64,000 bases of DNA, taken from assembly GCF_006345805.1 (NCBI RefSeq), contig NC_043009.1, positions 18,848,001-18,912,000 on the forward strand, read 5' to 3'. Position 1 is the first letter of the stretch. Each line of letters starts with the position of its first letter. The notes beneath the pieces were generated by a model. That model was not told the DNA's origin. It was given only the letters and a program-made list of their open reading frames with translations, and made no database searches. A program made the translations under genes and the position numbers. Below are positions 56,126 through 64,000 of the stretch, one piece after another. This DNA is from Octopus sinensis (taxonomy: Eukaryota).

Positions 56126-56467
56126 TCTCTTATTTCTAGTAATGTAGGTGCTTCGGCACCGTTAGTCACACTTAGTGACGATTAAATTGTTCCTTCATGG
56201 TAATACATTGCGCCTAGTATATGCATTAGCATTTCGCAAAATCACTCATAAATTTTTATGGTAAAAAATATATATACTGGCAGACGGAACTAGTCAAATC
56301 ATCGAACGTTTGAGTAGTCACTTGGTGAAACTAGGCCTAGTTTAGTCTTTCTAGAGACGGTGATGGAGTGGTTACCTCCCCTGTCAGTGTAGCTATATAC
56401 AGCATTAAGAGTTTATAACTCTTATTTCTAGCAATGTAGGTGCTTCGGCACCTTTAATCACATTTAT
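56126..56467. repeat. ~45-bp direct repeat pair containing GGTGC-TTCG-GCACC hairpin
   Basis: ctcttatttctag(t/c)aatgtaggtgcttcggcacc at ~56126 and ~56419. Confidence 0.8.
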
Positions 56468-56650
56468 AGAGATATGCCTATGTATATACATATGCACACA
56501 CACATATACATGGGTGTATGTGTATACATACACACACATACATAAACACACACATACATACATACATACATACATACATACATACATACATACATACACA
56601 TACATACACACACACACACACATACATACATACATACATACATACATACA

Positions 56651-56684
<34 letters not shown>

Positions 56685-56844
56685 CACACTTATATACACC
56701 CACATATAGACATAGTTCCTTACACTATACACTTTTGAAAGTGTATAGTGAAACCGGTCCAGTGTATTCCTATGTTTTAAAATATAATTAATTTATTCCG
56801 TACACATTTTCAACTTCATTTCCGCTTCTATTCTTCCTTTGAGG

Positions 56845-57002
56845 GAGGGGACTAGTCGATTACAACGACCCCCGCGTTTCACTGGTACTTAATTTTACGA
56901 CCCCCAAAAAGGGTGAAAGACAAAGTTGACTTCAGCAGAACTTGAATTCAGAAAATACAGACGAATAAAATTCAGCTAAACATTTTGCCAGCTTACCGCC
57001 TT
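56845..57002 (-). mobile_element. SINE copy (14291 family)
   Basis: gtcgattaca.cgaccccc...ctggtacttaatttt...gaaagacaaagttgac...gccagcttaccgcc. Confidence 0.7.
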
Positions 57003-57003
57003 A

Positions 57004-57046
<43 letters not shown>

Positions 57047-57067
57047 TAATAATAATAATAATAATAA

Positions 57068-57334
57068 CGCCTTAATGCAGCACTAGACAGTGGCTCTCAT
57101 GGCTTCTGATCTTAACTGGTTGGAAGTGTTAACATGTACATTGTTTTGTCTTGGTATAAAAGATGGGCTACAGCAAATATTCTGCTCAATACCACAGATT
57201 TGCTTGTCAGTTGTTTGACCTTAACCAGTTGGCCATGTCCCTGAGTGGCCGACGATGTGTGCATCTCTGATCATGAGCAGAAGTAGTGGGGGAGCATCAT
57301 AGCCGCGTGTTGGGAGGGATTCTTTGGGGTTTGA

Positions 57335-57335
<1 letters not shown>
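57068..57335 (+). mobile_element. Interspersed repeat between (AAT)n and (TTA)n tracts, probably a retroelement 3' UTR
   Basis: GC-richer island bounded by microsatellites at 57005-57066 and 57336-57395. Family not identified. Confidence 0.4.
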
Positions 57336-57395
<60 letters not shown>

Positions 57396-57850
57396 GACCA
57401 GACATTGGAGACTGGACATTGTTGTAGTGAGTTCGATCTTCCACTATGCTACCTTTTATGTACATGACAGTTTTCGCACAAATCTTCACTGCCAGCTTTG
57501 TTTAAGTGAGAAATTATTATTTCAAAATGACATCAGAGTGTATGAGAAATGTCAGTTTATTGCCGTCGTTATCCAGAGTCCTTAATCGTGACTATGCCTG
57601 CAAATAGGTGATTGCAGTCGTGATGTACCTTGAAATAGATAATTGAAGGAAAAGACATCAACAAAATTTGAAATAATGCGTGGTCTTTTTAGCCCGCTTC
57701 TAAAAACATTTAGCCACAACTACGTTTCATTTGTGGTGTTATTCTCTTTTCACAGTGCAATTACTTGTGTTATTACTAAAAAGTAGTACTTGAACAGCCA
57801 TTTGGTCAAGATATTTATAATTTGATTTTTACATTCTCATTATACTACAG

Positions 57851-58012
57851 CTATGGTTACAACAACAACACTTTCTACTACAGAAAAAACTACTGCAAAA
57901 ATAACATCGACAATTGCTAAAGTTCTAAACACAACTAAAGCCACAACTATAACAAAGCATCCGATTACAAATTCAACGACAGCAACAACTACCAGTATGT
58001 CATCCTTTGATG
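57851..58012 (+). CDS. Gene B coding exon 5: Thr/Ser-rich mucin-like linker
   Basis: 162-nt phase 1-1 exon (tacAG ... G|GTAAAT): AMVTTTTLSTTEKTTAKITSTIAKVLNTTKATTITKHPITNSTTATTTSMSSFD. 27 of 54 residues are T or S; two N-x-T sequons. Missed by the ORF track. Confidence 0.85.
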
Positions 58013-58876
58013 GTAAATAATTTTTTTGTTTTCTTCAATATTCCCCATCGTCTGATACTTTTAAAATTAATCTTACAAATCTGAAATAATTTTTTACTTT
58101 ATAAGTGTTCCTTTCACGAATTTTGCTATTATCATTCACAGCTCAATTCATTCATTCAGTAATCCCCCTCCGATTTGTAAGTTGTAATTTTATGAGATAC
58201 CAAAACCAAATACCATGGTTATTTCTTTAAGCGTGGCATACTTATGATTTGGTAATACATAGCAAGGAATTGTATGCCATTAGATTGTAGTTTTGCGTTG
58301 TTATATACTGTAGAGGGGCCTGAGGACACGCAATCATATACTCGTGGTCAGAAATATAATTTAAAATACCTAAAGAATATGAGAATATAATATTTTTTTA
58401 CATTGATATAAATCATTAATATTGATAAGAAGTGTAATGATTTAACTCTCTGTGAATTGAAATGTATTCGATATTATCTCTTTGTATGGTATTTGCATCT
58501 CCGAGGAGTTACAGCAGCTTATTGAATTGAAACCAATTTGTGCTACTAGTACTACTAGCGAAGGATCAAAGGAAAACTGACCGTTAAGTTCTTAATTTGA
58601 AATTTGGTTTTATTATCAATTCTGTGTATGGAATGAATTGTGATTTTCATACTTTTCTCACGTGAGATAAGTATTGAAATAGTACCGAGGTGTAAATCTA
58701 TTGTTAGTTTCAAGTTCGTTCTTTGGTAACTTACCAGCAACTTCAGATATAATAAAGATTTCTTACAATGAAACAGATCGAATGAAGTTATATGACAAAA
58801 GTCGGAACTAAGCACTGACATCAATCACAATACACTGGAATAAATTAATGCTTTTTGATTTGTCTATTTTTACTAG

Positions 58877-59007
58877 GTGCAATTGGCTGTTTCAAAGATT
58901 CTGAAGATAGGGCGATGCCAAGTAAAGTCTGGGAAAATCAAGCAATGACAGCCAAAATCTGTCGAGTAGTATGCGGAAAATGGGGATACAAATATGCTGG
59001 TTTGGAA
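58877..59007 (+). CDS. Gene B coding exon 6: WSC domain, N-terminal half
   Basis: Phase 1-0 exon (tttttactAG ... GAA|GTAAGT): GAIGCFKDSEDRAMP...MTAKICRVVCGKWGYKYAGLE, matching the WSC pattern GCFxD..R..MT..C...C...GY.YAGLE. Confidence 0.92.
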
Positions 59008-59055
59008 GTAAGTAATTCATTCGAATTTATCTATAAATTTACAGGTGCTATAGTG

Positions 59056-61243
59056 CAGGAGTGGGTAATTCACGTTCGCGGACTGCATACAGCCTGCGGA
59101 AGCATTCAGCAAAATAATTTTCCAAGTCTATAATTTTCGTAGACTGATCACAGTAAACTGCTAGTACCAAAGCTAACTTGAACAGAGACTTGCTTCCTTT
59201 GTTTCACAGAAAATTAGCCCCGTGTTTTAATTGGCGGATACCTACTACGCATGTGCCTGTTTATACACATGCGCACTCCTTTCATACGCAACAGTTTTCT
59301 CTTTGCAACAGTAAGATCTGTAACGTTCCGACCCGTGAAAACATGGGCCCTCCTAAAAAGCGCAAAATCGAAAAATAATGCCGTGCGTTCAATGAAGACT
59401 GGACGCACAAATATTTGTTCAGTAACTCAGGGAATAAGGCAGTCTGTTTACTATCAAATCGAAACGACACCACCAAACAAAACATGGCGCGTTTGGTAAC
59501 GAAATGTCCGAGGAAGACCGCAGGAAAAAAGCTGCAGAGTGTGTTACGAAGCTGAAGAAGCAACAGACCATATTTACAAAGCAATCGACACTTCGAGATA
59601 GTGCTACAGAGGTAAGTTTCATGGCAGCATACAATCTCGCTAAAAGCAACAAGCTATTTTCTGATGGCGAGTTTATTAAGCAGTGCTTGGTAGATTGCGC
59701 AAGCGTCCCGTGCCCTGATGCAAGATGCAAATTCGAAACCATTTCATTATCAAGAAGGACTATGGTACGGCACATAGACTTAAATAGTAATGAATTAACA
59801 GAACAACTAAAGTCAGCGAGTAAAAATTTTGTTTGGCTTTCGTTGGCACCGGATGAGAGCTCTAATAACCAAGACACTACACAGTTACTTATCTTTGTCC
59901 GTGGACAGGACTTGTATGAACGTGTTGAGGATTGTGTGGAGAAAAGAGCCTTGTCATGGAATAGAATGGCAAGCATTAAAACAGATGAGGCCAAAGAATT
60001 TACCAGAAAAAATGTAGGTATGATTAAACTTTCAGAGAACAAGTTAAAACAGAATACCCAGACAATGATATCTTGTCTTTTCATTGTATTTTGCATCAGG
60101 AAAGCCTCTGTAAAGCTGCAGTGGACCTAAATGATGTGGTGAATCCTGTAGTGAGCGTGGTGAACACAATCAGAGCAAGGGCGCTCTACCGTCAACAATT
60201 TAAACCTCTGCTTGAGGATATGGATGATGTGATTTACCACAACAGTGTTCAGTTATTGAGCCTGGGAAAATGCTGAAACAGGTTTGGGAATTACAGAATG
60301 AAATCCTCCTCTTTCTGGACATGAAGGGGCTTTCATGTGATTTTGTGACCAAAATGGGATGTGAGGATTGGAGATAGGAGATGATGTTTGCAGCTGATAT
60401 GTTTGAGAAATTAAATGAATTGAATGTGACATTGCAGGGAAAGAGGTTGTTTGTACATGAAATGTTTAGGCATGTGAGATCATTCAAAACAAAACTAGGA
60501 CTATTTGCAAGGCAAGCAGGTGAGGGCAAGTTTTGTCATTTCCCTTTATTAAGAAAACAGAAAGTGCCTGCAAGTGTTTCTTCCAAGATTAGGGATCATT
60601 TGCTGAGTTTGGAGGATGAGGTCACCAGAAGATTTCAGAACTTTAAGAAAATTGAGCCTGATTTCAATTTGCTACCTTATCCTTTTGCAGTTGATACTGA
60701 TACAGCGCCTGAGGAGGTGAAGCTTGAACTAATTGACGTGCAGTCAGATCACACGCTGAAAGAATTGTTTAATTCTGTGACATTGATAGAATTTCACAAA
60801 TCTCTATCTACTGACAAATATGCATGTGTGAAAAGAGTTGTTGGGAAAATGTTTTCTAGTTTTGGATTCACATATATTTGTGAACAAAGTTTTGCTTGCT
60901 TGAAAATCAGCAAGAGTAAAAATGTGGCTGACATAAACTTGCAGGCAATGATGAGGATCTCAACAAGCCACCTCACTTCCAATTTCAAAAGAATTGTAAA
61001 TGTCTCATTAAATTATTTGTGCTAGCTGGCGTGTAATTTGCACATAGATAGATTTAATGAAACCTTTTCTGTGTACCACTGTTGTTTTCATTTTATTTAT
61101 TACTATGACGTAATTTGCACTTCGCATTTAATGAAGTGTAATGGTAATTAATGAATACAATCAGTTATAGAAGGTGCAGCTCTCTGCAAACCACGGCCCT
61201 CTCAAAGTGCCCCCCACCAAGCCAAAACAATTGCCCACCCCTG
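59056..61243 (+). mobile_element. hAT (Buster/SPIN/GTF2IRD2-like) DNA transposon, degenerate transposase, intact ends
   Basis: TIRs caggagtgggtaatt / aattgcccacccctg and perfect 8-bp TSD ctatagtg (59048-59055, 61244-61251). Motifs KKRKIE..RAFNEDW, FSDGEFIKQC, SLSRRT, SLAPDES, HCILHQESLC, LNELNVTLQG, FGFTYICEQSF. Confidence 0.95.
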
Positions 61244-62906
61244 CTATAGTGGAATCTTTTTTATAGTGGTAGTAAAATATTGTCATCAAAGCTTTATATT
61301 CTGCAGGGGCAACAAATAAGAATTTGGGGCAATCATGGATATTCTCAGTGTAAGTCAAGTAAGACATTATCTGCTGTAAATTAATGCCTTTTCTATGACA
61401 CTCATTACATATTTCTTCACTACTCTTTTATATTCTTATTTCAAATACTCCCAAATTCAGCTGTAGTATCCTTCTCCCTATGTTCGAGCAATTAAATCTA
61501 CTGGCTATACATCTCTTTTCTATGTATAGTTGTTCTTTTACAATTCGTTCAACATATATTTAGATGATTTCAGGCATATTTCATTCCAGATTTTACAACC
61601 AATATCTGCATCGTTCTCAGAATGACTTAGACTTGAATAGTATGTACAGCAAACTTGCATATTAGCGGCAATACCCTAGCATGATGCCAAACCATGGATT
61701 GAAACAAATAAAAGAATATAATACACTCAAGTAGCAATTTTCTTACATTTATATTCAATTATCTGGGACAAATGCCTATTGTTAGGTCCCAATGAGGATG
61801 TAAGGGTGGTACGAATAGTTTCGACTAATTTCATCATATTTACTAGAAAGAAATATCTAGCTATCCATTTCATTTAAACCGAAAAAATGGGATGAGCCCA
61901 GCAAAGCAATAGGTGAACACCTGGTTAGAACAAATCCTATATGTTGATAGATCATCAGAGGAATGCATTGAAGGTAGAAATGAAAATTAACGACAAAGAG
62001 TAAATTGATGGACAGGATGAGATAAACAAGTAAAAGTTATGTCCTGAAAATGAGATAAAATGGCATCACTCAGTAATAAAAAAATGAACCGACTTTTTAG
62101 GGAGTATTTCCAAATACTAATGATCACAGGCTAATAATTCGTGCAAAGATCCAAGATTACTATGATAAAGGAGTTGTGAATGAAATTAGATCATGCCTGT
62201 TTATGCCACATAAGTAATACAATTGACAGAACAAGAATCCAACTGATAGACTCGTTTTATCATTAGTTTACTTGTAATAATCTTATGTCATTTATATAAT
62301 AATGATTTATGCCGAAATGGGTACTTAGCTTAATCTTTGCAAGAGAAGAATGTAAAATACTAAAATCAGGGAGGTACCATAATTTTCATGGTTTTCCGAA
62401 CAACTGTTTGTTAAAATAGTGTCAAGCTTTTCCTTCTGCACGTCATGAATTAACGCATTAATCGCACTCCATGCAAGGGACACAACTGTGCAATCAACAA
62501 GTGTGTCAATATATCATGAGAAATAATTCCTTTCAAGCAGCTCTTTGTTATTAATAATCGTTCGCCCGATTATTACAGGCGCTTTAGATCTCCCAAGCTC
62601 ACGTGTAAATGATTAAGAGAAATTCTTTCATTTAGTTTATGGAAGATTATTAGAAATTGGATTTTTAAAAAACTTCAACTTTCGGCATTTAATAAAATAA
62701 GTTATGTCTCAGTTTTCTTCTTTTGCTGGTTGTTACCGATTTTAAATTCCTTCACTAACTTGATGGCAATATTAAATGCTTAAGACGAAATAATTTCTAT
62801 CGAAAATCGACTCTGGCATAAAGGGACATGACTAAATACGTCATGACTATTGTTCAGCGCTCTACAAACTGCAAATTTTAATTAAAACATTCCCAAATTC
62901 TTTCAG

Positions 62907-63042
62907 GATTCAATTTATTGCTATTGTGCTAATAACTATAGCAAACACGGCGCCTTGGATAAGTCCAAATGTTACTCCAAATGTCCGGGTAAGCCATCCG
63001 ATATATGTGGAGGCCGTTACGCACTATCCGTGTATTCTTCAG
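62907..63042 (+). CDS. Gene B coding exon 7: WSC domain, C-terminal half
   Basis: Phase 0-1 exon (attctttcAG ... CAG|GTAAGA): DSIYCYCANNYSKHGALDKSKCYSKCPGKPSDICGGRYALSVYSS. Completes the 8-Cys WSC pattern (CxC..C...CPG....CGG...LSVY). Different frame from the ORF-track entry. Confidence 0.92.
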
Positions 63043-63584
63043 GTAAGAAATATCGCACCTATTTGTTCTTTAATAAAACCACTTAGCAATACACTACAAA
63101 AAACACAGTCTTATACTGTTAACACATACGAACACATTCCTATTTAGATGTCATCCATGCGAGCTCTGCAGTTACTGTAATACAGACTAAAACTCCAGGC
63201 AAACGCCTACTAAACATAGTCATGATTTTGAAGGCAACTTAAGAAATGATCGGCCAATGACTTGACACCAAACTCACAACATGATGTTCCATTCTACGTT
63301 AAAGCTATTTCACTCCATTAGTAAGTAATGTTAGTAAAATAGCAGCATTAAGACACCCATTAATCACATGCTTAGTATTCTTAATTTTTATGACGATCCG
63401 GTAGAAGGAAGATGAAACAGATGCAGAACATGAAATATCCGCAGAACATGAAACAACTGCCCTCAGATATTAAGAAATTCCTTTTATTCTTAAACACACT
63501 TTACTAAACTATAACTTTATTAGAATTATTAAATGATATTGTCATCCTCAAGTACATTAATATTTTTTTCTTTTTAAATTTTAG

Positions 63585-63605
63585 TTCCTTTTGTAAAGAA
63601 GCAAG
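63585..63605 (+). CDS. Gene B putative 21-nt microexon (VPFVKKQ)
   Basis: Long T tract plus ttttAG acceptor, AAG|GTAAGA donor. Phase 1-1 and open in the frame required by exon 7. Confidence 0.6.
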
Positions 63606-64000
63606 GTAAGAAACTATTAAAATATATTTTGAATTTGTTGGATATTTGTGGTGTTTTGATCAGTTGTTTAGCTATAGGTCATTTCTGATCAAGAACATTT
63701 ATAATCAAAGCTGTTCCGGCCATGACTATCCGTCTTTTCTTTGGTTCCAGTCTAAATTGAACTACATTATTCTGCGTATCCTCTTTATTTTAAGATGGAA
63801 AGCTGCGATTTTAAAGCGATTTGGCTGCTATTGCCAGCAGATCGGGTGAAGGCATAAATAGACTCCTTCGTTGACAGTTCTTTGGTATAAATCATTGTTT
63901 GTGCTTCCTTCTCATATGTTCTTTCGTCTTATTGTTCACAGATATGCCGTGATTTTTATCAGCTCGCATATATTTAACAGTCAATATCTCATCACTGTAA

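Noticed and set aside
59504-61025. Domesticated GTF2IRD2/ZBED-like host gene
   Set aside because: Stops and frameshifts, plus TIRs and TSD, show a decayed transposon.
62926-63147. ORF MLITIANTAPW... in the ORF track
   Set aside because: Wrong frame; the overlapping exon 62907-63042 in another frame encodes the WSC C-terminal half.

Overview
Eukaryotic, AT-rich, repeat-dense animal DNA. The SINE, Penelope and microsatellite content looks like an octopus or other cephalopod genome; this is an inference from recognised repeat types, not a database hit. There are no prokaryotic features (no operons or CRISPR). Reading splice sites by eye gives two paralogous multi-exon genes for secreted proteins, arranged head-to-head. 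Gene A (- strand, ATG 13289, runs off the left edge): signal peptide over 2 exons, then two 4-Cys PAN/Apple exons. Gene B (+ strand, ATG 30419, runs off the right edge): signal peptide over 2 exons, two PAN/Apple exons, a Thr-rich mucin-like exon, a WSC domain split over two exons and a 21-nt microexon. Gene A may have three further 5' exons, the first lying antisense inside intron 1 of gene B. The rest is mostly degenerate transposons: mariner, pogo/Tigger, a hAT with perfect 8-bp TSD, an RT-less Gypsy, a Tx1/L1, Penelope-like elements with hammerhead ribozyme motifs, tRNA-derived SINEs, and two families of R4/Dong-like RLE retrotransposons that sit in (TAA)n microsatellites and are stacked inside a fold-back Penelope element. 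All exon models come from sequence alone and need RNA-seq.
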